Origin: Podarcis erhardii
Taxonomy: Eukaryota
Assembly: GCA_964252035.1 (NCBI GenBank)
Contig: OZ176207.1
Reading direction: 5' to 3' (one strand)
Length of the DNA stretch: 64,000 bases
The position numbers were made by a program, and so were the translations under genes. The notes under the pieces were generated by a model. It saw nothing but the letters and a program-made list of their open reading frames with translations, was not told the DNA's origin and ran no database searches. Positions 26,341 to 37,358 of this stretch are shown piece after piece. How positions within the stretch are numbered: the stretch's first letter is position 1; every line of letters starts with the position of its first letter.

Positions 26341-26881
26341 TTGTTCATAACTCTTTAGTGTATATATATGTGTGTGCTTCAAGCTCTATGTGCTGGATTT
26401 TGTTTGATGAACATGGATCTGCGCACTTTCTGAAGAATAGCTTTTTTAAAATAAAAAAACAGTAAATAAATAATAGCAGCAGCAATATCCTGAGGACCAC
26501 ATATTTCTCATACCTGCTTCCGATAATGGGGGCCCAGGCCGCTTAGGGCATTAAAGGCAAACGACGACAGCCTAGCAACCTTAAGCTGATTCTGGAAATA
26601 AATTGGCAAGCCGTGTAAATGGTGTACGAAGCAGGCTGCAATATGATCCAGTCAATTCTTCTGCTTCTACCAGCATCCTGGTGGAGGCATTTGGAATTCA
26701 TTGGTGTTTTTGAACTGCCTTAAGCACAACCAACATGGAGGGCGCTGCTGCATCCAAACTGAACGTAACAAGCAGTGGAAGCCAGGTCTGCCTTCTTTAG
26801 ATGGGGCCACAGCTGGCAAATATTTACAAGGAAGCAAGCCCAGCTGAAGAGAGAAGCTGACCTCCAGATAAGTAATATGTA

Positions 26882-26968
26882 GCACAATCCTATGCATATT
26901 TTTTTCAGAGGTAGGCTTCACTGTGTTATATGAGATTCACTCCTAAGTAAGTGGGCACAGGATTGCAT
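26882..26968. mobile_element. Short palindromic repeat (acaatcctatg...caggattgc), Harbinger-like MITE candidate
   Basis: Inverted ends; related copy at 54759-54847 (ggctacaatcctat ... ataggattgtccc). Confidence 0.5.
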
Positions 26969-29331
26969 GCTCCCTTTCCTGGTAATAAGCCCCATCAAAG
27001 GACGTGGAACTTATTTCTGATCATGCATAGGATTGTGCTATTAGAATTACAGCCTTATAACCTAATCCTAAACATGTATTTGCAGAAGAAAATTCCACTG
27101 AGTTTTCTGGGATTTCTCCCCCACCCCCCAAAAAAACCCTGATTTGGACCAGGCTGTAAGTACTGTATATTGAGGGTCATTTCTCATATTAATCCCCCTC
27201 TGCCCTGCCAAATGGAAATATTCCAATCTAGAGAAATACATGTACAAATAATGCAGGATCACAACTATACATGCCCAGTATATGCCACTGTTCAGAAGAA
27301 TGAACTTTTACGCTTGAGGGACGCTAGTTTTCTGTAAAATTCATACAGCATATGTGTGCCAGACATTTTAAAGCAGCTCCAACAAACCTTTAAGCACCTG
27401 ACTTTTCCAAGGAATCCTGGGAACTGTAGAGTATTAAGGATGATGGGGGATGTAATTGTGAGGGAGGAACTACAATTCCCAGGATTCTTTGAGGGAAGTC
27501 ATGTGATCTAAATGCGCTTTGGAAAACAGCAAAGCTCACTAATAACTGGTGAAATGAAAACTAGCATTTTCTAAATTTGGAAAGTGTGATGGGTATGGAT
27601 AACCCAGTACACAGTGAAGCAGAAACATTCCATGTGACACAGCCACAATAGGATAATAATCTAAGAATGTAATTTTTTATCCCACCCATACATGAGGAAC
27701 AGACAACATCTGGAATAAGTAAACATTATGTCTAGTCTCATGAAATATTTCAAAGACTGCATACAGAGACTTTGAGTATTAAAAATAACGAAAGCTAGTG
27801 GAAACATTTGTGTTATGACAGGAATGAAAATTTGTTAATGCGTTTATTCATGCAACTATTATTACCAAATCGTAAAGCAAACCTTCAAAATATTCACAAT
27901 AGGATATACCGTATATATCACAAATAGCAAATGCTGAATAAAGAATGCATTATATCCAACAGAAAATATTGCTCAGAGAGAATCAAAGATCCACGCAAAG
28001 AGAATAACTTGAAACGTTTTCATAACACTTCGCTAAAATAGGATTACTTAATAAATTAAAGAATGCAGGACAAATGTATGCATGGAAATAAGCCGTTCTA
28101 GAAATTGTCATGATTCGTAAAAGTCTCATTATTATAATAATAATTAAAAAAAAGTAATAATATGTGGCTTCTAGAGTCAGAATAGGAGTCCTGTAGCTTA
28201 GGACGATACCACGTACCTTACATGGATATGCCATTTCCCCATGGATATTACCAGCCAATCAATCTACCAGACATAGTTGTTGTGAGGATAAAATGGGGAG
28301 AAGAACCATGTATGCCACTTTGAGCTGCTTAGAGAAAATGAGGGATATAAATGCAATAATAAAGTAAGCAAAGAAGGAAAAACACAGAGACTGCAAGTGT
28401 ATTGGCTCAGCAGCTCATTGCTTAATTTTATTATTATTATTAAAAATTAATTGGATGGCAAATTGTTGCTGTTGTTTTTAAAGAATGTGTTTCATCTTAG
28501 AAGAGGCAGCCATTTCCCCCATAAAACTGGGTGAAGCCCTCTTCTAAGCTGGTGTCTGCTGCATCATCTAAAAGCAACCACACCAATAAAAAATTAAAAA
28601 ATCCCCTCCTTTGGTATAATATTTATTATAGGCCAACTTATGCAGATCTAACCGAGTAATCAATTTCAACTTACACAATTAAGATTTCTTTGATCTCAGA
28701 TGACATCCCTTTCCCTTAAACACACACACATTTCAGTTCTGAGGGACAAAGGCTTACATTCCTATTATCTAGATAAAACAAGATCTTTCATCTAAGAACT
28801 GCACAAAGCATCCATTATTAAACGATAGACTAAGCCGTCGATGCTGAAAGATATCAGTTCAGCTCCTATTGTAGTTCTGTTGATGACTACATAAACCCAA
28901 GATGGAAAGTATAGATTGTGCTGCAGACATTGCAGCTGAATCCACGCCCAAAGGTTAATAGGTTTTACTTCCTACGTATTTGCTTCATTTTGGTGTTTTT
29001 GATACTCGTTGCCACAACATTTACTAGAGCAGAATGGGCTGCTGTGGTCCAGCTAGCTTGATGTGAGATTTCACTTACTATATTCTTCAGAACTGCAAGT
29101 TCTCAGGTTGGGTTTTAAGTCCCCACCCCACCCCCAAAAAAGCACCTGAACTGCCCATGTGTAAGACAGCTTGAACTAAAATTTGGAAAATAATTCTATT
29201 ATTTTCTATTATTAGTTCATGGTGAATGCAAGAGCTGGAAAAGTAGTGGGACAATTAATTCCTTTGGGACTTTTTCCCCTGCCCATAGACAGAAGTCACT
29301 GGACAACTATCTACTGCTCTGTCTGACTCTG

Positions 29332-29335
<4 letters not shown>

Positions 29336-29385
<50 letters not shown>
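29336..29385. repeat. (TTA)n microsatellite
   Basis: About 16 uninterrupted units. Confidence 0.95.
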
Positions 29386-30226
29386 GGATGCTTTATCAAA
29401 TTTGAGTCCAGTGTGATTTAAAAAGTTTTTAAAAATGCAACTATTTAAAATTACAAAATAAAGAATGTCCAAAGTACTTTTTAAGTAAACCCTGAGACTT
29501 CTATCCAATGTAGCATTAGGACACTGTTCCATCGGTGCAAACATTTATGCTTGTCAAATGGGGTTTGTGTCCCCCTCAACCCTCCACCTGCACATCCCAT
29601 ATCCTGCCCAAAACTGCTCCAGAGGATTGGGGAGAACAGATTTAGTGGTACATGGCGGGGTGTTCTGCACTACACTGAGTACAAGCCAAGGTGAATAGAA
29701 AGGGTTGTGTTGAATAGAAAGCAGTGATGACTCCCGGAGGCCATCCCCACATGTAATCATAGTCAGGGTGCTACAAAATATCCTCCTTTAATTGCTACCA
29801 CCTTCACTTTGGGCTGGAAAGGGACACAGGGAAGGGAGGACATTGGCAGATAACCTAAGAGCATGGGCAGGTTGTGAAGAGGAGAGGCAGGGCTCACAGG
29901 GACTCAGTTCCTACGGCTCTCAGGTGGGTGCCATTGCCATTCTAAGAGAACAAGGTGAGTTCCAGCACCTCCTCCCACACCCCCTACAAAAAAAGCACTG
30001 AGACTAGGCATTATAAATAACATTTTAACTAGTACATGGGATCATAAAACCTAAAGTGCTAGTTACAGTCACCACACTACAGTCAGAGCCAGCTCTTTAG
30101 CTAAAGCCAGAGATGTGTTGCTGCTTTTCAAAATCAAAGAGGGTAGATTATTCTTTCCCAAATTGGTTGCCACTCATGTCCCCCCCCCCCAACGCTTCCA
30201 TACTGTTATAACACTTACATTAAGAA

Positions 30227-30358
30227 CAGGGCTTGTTTTCAGTTGGAACTCACTGGAACTCAGTTCCAGCACCTCTCAGGTGGGCGCCATTGTCATTCCA
30301 AGAGAATGAGGCGTTCACAGTGAGTTCCAGCGCCCCTTTTTCTAGAAAAATAGCACTG
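30227..30358. mobile_element. hAT-type MITE
   Basis: CAGGGCTTGTTTTC ... GAAAAATAGCACTG; 8-bp TSD attaagaa / agtaagaa (7/8); partial relatives at ~29895-30000 and ~45333-45380. Confidence 0.75.
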
Positions 30359-30771
30359 AGTAAGAATGATTTCTAGTTAAGGACAAACTGCCTCTTACTG
30401 CCAGTTTAACTCTGGCGAAGATGACCCTATTCTAATCCAGGGGATAGTAGTTATGAGGAGAGTAGGGCTGTTGGCCTGGATTTGCCAGACATGAAAGTGC
30501 GTTTTCAGAATTTTGGTGGTTCTTTTTGTGCATTTTCTAAACTGGTTCAGGGATTGGAGCCGATGTTGAGGGGTGAGCTGACGAGTATGTGCAGTGGAGG
30601 GAGAGAGAAGGCTTAGGCCATCAGCCTGCCCTTTCCAACTTAGCTTGAACTTGTGCTACCTCAGGCTGTAGTTGAGAGGCAGTATGTTTAACACTATTAA
30701 GGGAACAGCACATTTTTAATCAACTCAAGGACGCCATTGATACTGCGCAGATGAAGAGCAGTGGATTCTGT

Positions 30772-30918
30772 CAGTGGCGTAGCGTGGGTTGTCAGCACCC
30801 GGGGCAAGGCAAGTAATTTGCAGCCCCTAACCCGTGGATTTGCGCCCCCTAACCCTAATCCCCAGATGTTGCGCCCGGTGTGGCTGGCCCCCCCTGCACC
30901 CCCCACGCTACGCCACTG
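30772..30918. mobile_element. hAT-type MITE, apparently young
   Basis: Perfect 17-bp TIR CAGTGGCGTAGCGTGGG / CCCACGCTACGCCACTG and perfect 8-bp TSD gattctgt. Confidence 0.92.
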
Positions 30919-32004
30919 GATTCTGTTGTGGAACACAAACATACAACTCACCAGCACCTTGGAAGACCAGCTAAACAATCTGAAGCATGAGGCCAAAAAG
31001 AAAACACCATAACTTATCCAATTGGAACTACAGGGGAGATTAGGTAGACAGAGTAATTACCTGAATTGGAATTTAGCCAGGACACCAGGGCCAAGCGCAC
31101 ATATTCTTGTGCAGAGTAACACAGGGTGTTTAATGACTGCATGTGACCAAGATCTGAATTTAGCATCTGCTACCACAAGATGTCATTTCTTTTCAGCCTT
31201 GTCTTAATTTAAGAATTATATATTACAGCCAAATCATAGACATGCACTAGCAACATTTCATAGACTCTTCTTCGGGGTAATCAATGTAAGTAATTTACTA
31301 GATAAAAGAATGTTAATAGCAAGGACTGTATAATTTGTGTGACTACAAATTGCACCTGTCTTTCAAGGGAAGAAAGGGCTACCGCTGTGCAGAGAGAGTG
31401 GATGGAGTGCAAGGTCAAGTGCAAGCACTTCTGTTTAACATGCAGTGTCTAGAAACATCCATTGGCGCTTTCAGAGAGAAGCGGAAATTATAGCTAGCAA
31501 AGTTATTATAAATAATTGTTGTGCCTTCTCTTCCGAGTGGACTTGATAAGGCAGTCATAATTGAAACGTAGAAAATATTAATTGGAAGGTGTCTAAAATG
31601 AGTCTTTCGCAAGTGTACAAGTTACACTTCTGCTTTGAGACTTTGAGAATAGAGAGGGAGCATAAAGCAAGGGTGGGGGCTGGCTAAGTGACTCGCCTCG
31701 AAATGCTATATTAATATGTGTAATATGGTGGCGCAGAAGTGTCTTGCTACAGTGCAGTGAAAATATCAGAGATAAGAGACTTGGGTCATCTTTTTGGATT
31801 TCCCAGACATTACTTGGACTGACTTCAAAGGTGGAAGTGATGTCCGGGGGCGTGGGAGGTGGGATTAACTGAAGCTTGTAACTTTGTTGGTGTCTGGATT
31901 TTAACTTCTTGAAATATGGCAACCCTACTGTAAGGGGCAAAAACTGCTGCTCCTCTCCCTTCATCTGTGAATTCTCTCTTAGGGACACGGTGGAGCTCCT
32001 GTTT

Positions 32005-32312
32005 TGTGACCCTTCGTGGTTTGGGGACCAAACTACCTGAATAATCAATGCTTCCCACATATACTTACCTGGATCTTGAGATGTTCTCTGGAAATGTTCT
32101 CTGTAAGACTTTTGGTGGCAGCAGGAGAGACTTTAAAGTGGTGGCACCCTGGCTGGCGGATACCCCAAAAGAGGGTCACCTGGTGTCTACTTTGTTGTAA
32201 TTGTGTCCTTTCCCACGTCTTTTATTTTGTCTTAGCTCTGACTGTTTTTATGCTGTTATACCTTTCTTGTTGTTTTGCTATAGCATATAAATAATACACA
32301 TAAATAAATAAG
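32005..32312 (+). mobile_element. L2-type LINE 3' end remnant
   Basis: GLGPNYLNNQCFPHILTWILRCS resembles L2 GLGPGYLKDRL.PY.P.R.LRSS; ends in an AT-rich (aaat)n tail. Confidence 0.6.
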
Positions 32313-34189
32313 GTATTCTGCAACCTAAAGGAAACCAATACTGTTGAGTACACATGTATGGATTTGAGCAGACAGTGTTCTTTGGCCCTATTGAACTCTG
32401 TGACTCTTCTTTCTGAGAAGGTTGTGCTAAGAACTGAGCTTGATGGGACTTACTTCCCAGCTAAGTTTAAATCAATTGCATTGCCCCTCAAATGTCTCAT
32501 TGCTTGGGGCTGCTCATACCACTGGTATTAAAAGTGGGTCTGCATGCCTCAGAGTGTGAGCAGTGAGTGAGCCAAGATGTAGCGCATAGTAGCACACATG
32601 AAATAAAAGCAGCCTAGCAGGAAAAAGAAACATCACAGCAGCAGAAGTTTATCAATAAACTGGAAATTTCATGGTAGTATTTTAACAGGGACATTGTGGC
32701 CTGCTACAGTACATATATGACAAACAAAACTGGGTAGTAGAACATTGTGCTGCAAAGGAGGAGAGCTTTCTATTTAAATGTTTCCCTTTTTACAAACATT
32801 GAGCTATATTTGCTATATGTTACAAAGTTTTTTAAAAAACAAAATGTAACATTGAAAAGTAAAAACTCCCTCTAAAGTTGTACACTCCATTCTACCACCA
32901 TGTGATGACTTTTGATTAATGTAAAGAAACTGGATATTGAAATACAGACTTGTCTTGCAGGAAAATACCCTGTAAATTTTACCTCTGGTATTCTTACTAG
33001 TCACCAGAGACAAATGTTCCAAGCTGCTTCTCCCTTCTCCTTTCAGTATAGCAGACAGGTTCTTCCCTTGTCTCTTCAGCCTAAGCCAAGTGATTCGGCA
33101 ATCCCCAGGTTGTAACAACAACAACAACTTTATTATCTGTACTGCGCCCATCAGACTGCCCCACTCTGAGCAAGCTATTCCACCTGCCTCTCAGGTCTTC
33201 CTTCTTATCCCTGAACCATCTTCCTCTGCTGTCTTCTTTTTCTGGCTAGCTGTACCACCACCAAGCACCAACAACTCCAACTTACTCAAACCTCAACTCC
33301 AACTAACTCCTCTGATGCCCAGCACCCATTTTTATATACGCTTCTTCTGGCCCTTCTAGTCCACTGCCAGTCAATTACGCTGTCCACCCCAAATGCTAAA
33401 CCTGCACCCACCAATCAAAACACGTGTATTTTATATCCTTCTTTTGCATACTGAGAAGCACTAACCCTTCCTCACAGCTGTTAGTTAAAGCCCTTTCTGA
33501 CAATTAAACTAACTTACTGGATCAGAGAGAAAACTTCCCACATAAAATACATTACAATATACATTACTATGCAAAGGTCAGAATACATTACACAATATCT
33601 ATTAAGACTTAATTCAAATAAACAGGATTTTATTCACAAAGAGGAAAGGATTAAATCTGTTCTCCCACGTTATAATCCCCATCTTTATTGCAGTGTCCTG
33701 TGGCTTTTTGTTACAAAAGAGACATGCCTTGCCCTATTTAAACACCACTAATTGAATATGTAGTTTAGCCATATATCAGAAGTGTCTTACCAGCATCACC
33801 CTCTTAAAACACAGCCTGATTTTTCCTTTTCTCACAGCTTATAGGCTACTCGGTGACAATGTAAAACTGTTGAAACGAGACAACTGAAGTATCTGAGAGC
33901 AAAGAAGCCCAAGGCAAATATAACCTTTGAGGAAACTGAAGGAGTACTCTTGTGCTCAGTTTGTTTGCAGGTTTCCCACAGGCATCTGAGTGGGTACTGC
34001 GAGAACAAAATGCTGAGCAAGATGGACCATTACCTGATCCAGCAGGATCCCGTTATGTTCATATGTGCTGCCAGGAAGTTCTGGGCTGGTGGGGGAATGC
34101 ATTGGCACTCTTTCATTAGGTTGGGTGTGTGACTTGTGCCAACCCAAAGCTGGGGTAGCTCTGTTGGTAGCGCATGTGACTCTTAATCT

Positions 34190-34281
34190 CAGTGAGTTTG
34201 GATCCCATGTTGGGCAAAAGATTCCTGAAAAGCAGGGGGTTGGACTAGATGGCCCTCATGGTCCCTTCTAAAGTCCTATGA
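34190..34281 (+). mobile_element. CR1 LINE 3' terminus
   Basis: gggggttggactagatggccctcatggtcccttc...ctatga. Confidence 0.65.
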
Positions 34282-34342
34282 AAGCATCTTTTGTTTGGGG
34301 CAACCGGAGCTACTTAAAAAGTACTTTGGCTATTGTTAGTGT

Positions 34343-34683
34343 GTGGCGCTGTGGGTTAAACCACAGAGCCTAGGACTTGCCAATCAGAAGGTCGCGGTTC
34401 GAATCCCCGGGACGGGGTGAGCTCCCGTTGCTCGGTCCCTGCTCCTACCCACCTAGCAGTTCGAAAACACGTCAAAGTGCAAGTAGATAAATAGGTACCA
34501 CTCCGGCGGGAAGGTAAACGGTGTTTCCATGTGCTGCTCTGGTTCGCCAGAAGCAGCTTAGTCATGCTGGCCACATGACCCGCAAGCTGTACGCCGGCTC
34601 CCTCGACCAATAAAGCAAGATGAGCGCCGCAACCCCAGAGTCGGTCACGACTGGACCTAATGGTCAGGGGTCCCTTTACCTTT
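34343..34683 (+). mobile_element. Sauria-type tRNA-derived SINE (near full length)
   Basis: Pol III A-box-like TGGCGCTGTGG and B-box GGTTCGAATCC, body ...gtgcaagtagataaataggtacc..., tail ggtccctttacctttA; a second similar copy at 57138. Confidence 0.9.
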
Positions 34684-34686
34684 ATA

Positions 34687-34920
34687 CAGTGGTACCTCGG
34701 GTTACATACGCTTCAGGTTACATACGCTTCAGGCTACAGACTCCGCTAACCCAGAAACAGTACCTCGGGTTAAGAATTTTGCTTCAGAATGAGAACAGAA
34801 ATTGTGCTCTGGCGGCAGCAGGAGGCCCCATTAGCTAAAGTGGTGCTTCAGGTTAAGAACAGTTTCAGGTTAAATACGGACCTCCGGAACAAATTAAGTA
34901 CTTAACCCGAGGTACCACTG
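34687..34920 (+). mobile_element. Tc1/mariner (Tigger-like) MITE, family A
   Basis: TIRs CAGTGGTACCTCGGGTTA / TAACCCGAGGTACCACTG flanked by TA on both sides; no ORF. Strand is relative orientation only. Confidence 0.9.
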
Positions 34921-34939
34921 TAGTACCTTACCTATTGTC

Positions 34940-36290
34940 CCTACGTATCATTGTGCCATGCGAGATCCATCGGCAACTCGTAATCTTAACTGAGTACGTA
35001 ACTTTATTGCAGCAATCAAAGGCGTGGGGAGTAAGTTGGGGTATTGCAACATTTATTTTGGAGTTAGCTTGACTTTGGAGTTCTGGAAATTGAACTTCTT
35101 GCCGTTGGGACTTTCCGAGCCAATGAGGAAGCGGAACCGACCGTCTCTGCATGCAGGGATGGCGATGCCGACCAAACACAGAGGCGTGCCGTGAGCCGCT
35201 CTACTATCGTCAACGTCGCCACCAAGGGAGATTTCGTGCAGCCCGATTCTACCCATGTTTCTCGGGAAGGAACTCCCGCAAGGAAACGGAGAGAAGCTGC
35301 CATCTTCTCCTCCCTCCAGCTCTCCAACGCTCAATGCAGCAGCGCTCAGCGGGAAGAGGCATCCGGGCTTGAATCCTGCGATCTCTGCGGCTCCACACAG
35401 ACGCCGGAGACGCGGGTCCGCGCCTGCCTTGCGACCCCGCGGGGCTTTCGCTTTCCCTTCCCCGCTCCGTTCCAGCCCCTTCAGAACTCCGCGCTTCGCC
35501 CATCCGGCGCGCTCTCTTCCAGCTGGGGGAGGAGCGCGAGCGCTTCTCGGAAGCTGATTGGACGCGGCGCTCTGCCTGGCTCAGCTTCCCTCACGCCCCT
35601 CGCTTCCTCTTTCGCTTGCTCTCTTGAAAAACTAAGCCTCCGCTTCCCGCCCGCTTACGTCACCGACGCACTGCGCGCGGGCCGCGTGACGTCAGCTGGC
35701 GTCGGCGGTGACGGCGCCGCCCGTCCGTTAAGCTGAGGGAGGGAGAAATCCGGGGCAGAGGGAGGGAGGGGAGGAGGGGAAGCGGCCAGCCGGCGGGCGG
35801 GGGGAGGGGAAGGGGGTGGGCGGAGAAAGATGGCGGACCAAATCCCTCTGCACCCGGTGCCGCGCAGCACCCAGCGAAGGGCGGCGTATTACACCAACGC
35901 CTCCGCCGCGCAGAGGCACAGCAGGTACCGGCCGGGAGGGAAGTGGAGCGGGGGGGGGGTGCTGGTGTGTGAGGAGCCTGGTGGGGGATGGGCTCCATCC
36001 TGCGCAGCCCCCGACTTGGCTGGCAGTTCCCTTCGCCCCGCTGAGGCGTTTGGGGCCCTCACTCGACGGACAGGACAGGGCGGCTGCGGCTCTCTGGGCC
36101 TTTGGGTGGTGGTGGGGGGGGTCAGACTGCCTGTCAGCTTTCTTCGGCTGGAGGTGGGGGGGGGGGAGGCTGTCCCTTCTGAGAAGGTGCTCAGGGATTA
36201 GCGTGGCAGTGATGCTGCTTTGACAGGCTCCCTTTGCCCTATTTTGGAGAGGGGGGGGTGTGATGTCTCGCGCTGGGACCGGTGCTTCCA
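34940..36290. promoter_or_regulatory. ATP9B: CpG island / ATP9B promoter and first exon
   Basis: Abrupt rise in GC and CpG against an AT-rich, CpG-poor background. Reverse CCAAT (CTGATTGGAC, ATTGG at 35557-35561), TTACGTCA 35655-35662 and perfect CRE TGACGTCA 35687-35694 upstream of the ATG; no TATA box evident. Confidence 0.88.
35830..35924 (+). CDS. ATP9B: P4-type ATPase (phospholipid flippase family) ATP9B, coding exon 1
   Basis: Strong Kozak aagATGG; MADQIPLHPVPRSTQRRAAYY...RHS matches the ATP9B N-terminus as I recall it (MADQIPLYP...); donor CAG|gtaccg, phase 2 (95 nt). Confidence 0.92.
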
Positions 36291-37172
36291 AGTCCAGAGC
36301 CCTGCTTTGGCAATGCCCTAGAGCTCCTCCCTGGAACATAGAAAGTGATAATGGATGAATACTCTGAGCATGTGCAGAGTGTGTCCTTGTTGCCACTGAG
36401 GGGGTCGACCTCTGGGATCAGAAGGAAGGGTTGGTAGAGCAGTGTGCCACTTCTAGGAAGCAGGGAGGGCCCCACTGACACTTGGTTCTAACCATAGGCA
36501 ACTGGAGGGATGGGCGAAGAACAATGTTGAGAGCACCTCTGTGGTTAAGGGTCTCTCGCCTATGTCCTTCTCAAGCTTGGAGCAAATCTTATGTGGTGGA
36601 TGGTCTGGATTACCCTTCCTGGTGTTTGTTTACATATGTTGAGTTTCAACAGAACCACTTAATTCTTATCCAGGATGAGTTCAGTGGCAGAACTGGAATC
36701 CATCCCCCCAGTTTTCCAAACTTCTAGACTGGGCTGTAGATGTTGGCTACTGAATCTTGTTTCTACTTGGAGGAAAATGATTGTTGATTTTAACGGCCTT
36801 CCCTACTAACCAGAGCACTTGAGGTGACTTGCAATATGTTGGAAATACTGGCGTAAGATGTTTAGGGAGGAAATTAGAGTCCCCTCACAAGGCAGAACTT
36901 TCTCATTCGGGCTGCTGCAGATGTCTCTAGGCTTTTGATTTTTAGAAACAACTGCAAAAGGCACTGGCAAGGATTCCCATGTGTTTAGGAATCCTATGGG
37001 TTCTTCATTCCATGGGTGCCTGTGTACATGCATGGTGCCCTTCTTGTGCATTCTTCTGAGTCTGTGTGAGCCAGGGGCATGATTAATGGGCAAAGGCCTA
37101 CTCTCCCCTCATACATGTCGGGAGAGCACCTGAACAGGTCTCTAGGTTCAATTCATTGTTGTTCCTCTAGAG

Positions 37173-37358
37173 CAGGGGTAGTCAACCTTTTTATACCTAC
37201 CACCCACTAATGCATCTTTCTTGATGGTAAAATTTCCTTACCGCCCACCAGTGCTTGATGGAAGGAGGATTCAGCTTGTGCTGTAGAACCCCCTACCACC
37301 CACCTAGAATCCTGAAACGTCCACTAATGGGGAGTAGGGACCAGGTTGACAACCCCTG
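37173..37358. mobile_element. hAT-Charlie-like MITE
   Basis: TIR CAGGGGTAGTCAACCT / AGGTTGACAACCCCTG; perfect 8-bp TSD ctctagag fitting the Charlie NTCTAGAN target preference. Confidence 0.92.

Noticed and set aside
32061-32072. ATACTTACCTGG, identical to the 5' end of U1 snRNA (a perfect CAG|GTAAGTAT donor on the minus strand)
   Set aside because: The match stops after 12 nt with no U1 stem-loops or Sm site, and it lies inside a decayed L2 ORF2 remnant. At most a cryptic antisense donor.
34343-34420. tRNA-like A/B boxes (also at 57138)
   Set aside because: They are SINE heads continuing into SINE body; no cloverleaf or discrete tRNA end.
34700-34880. Short repeated units (gcttcaggtta) that could suggest a CRISPR-like array
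   Set aside because: Internal subrepeats of a TIR/TA-bounded MITE present in three copies; no unique regular spacers, and the DNA is eukaryotic.
35830-36201. 123-aa single-exon ORF from the ATP9B ATG
   Set aside because: Homology ends at the donor at 35924; the rest is G-rich intron read-through.
35053-36396. Many overlapping 70-220 aa ORFs on both strands
   Set aside because: Expected from stop-codon scarcity in a CpG island; low-complexity P/G/R/A content with no recognisable domain.
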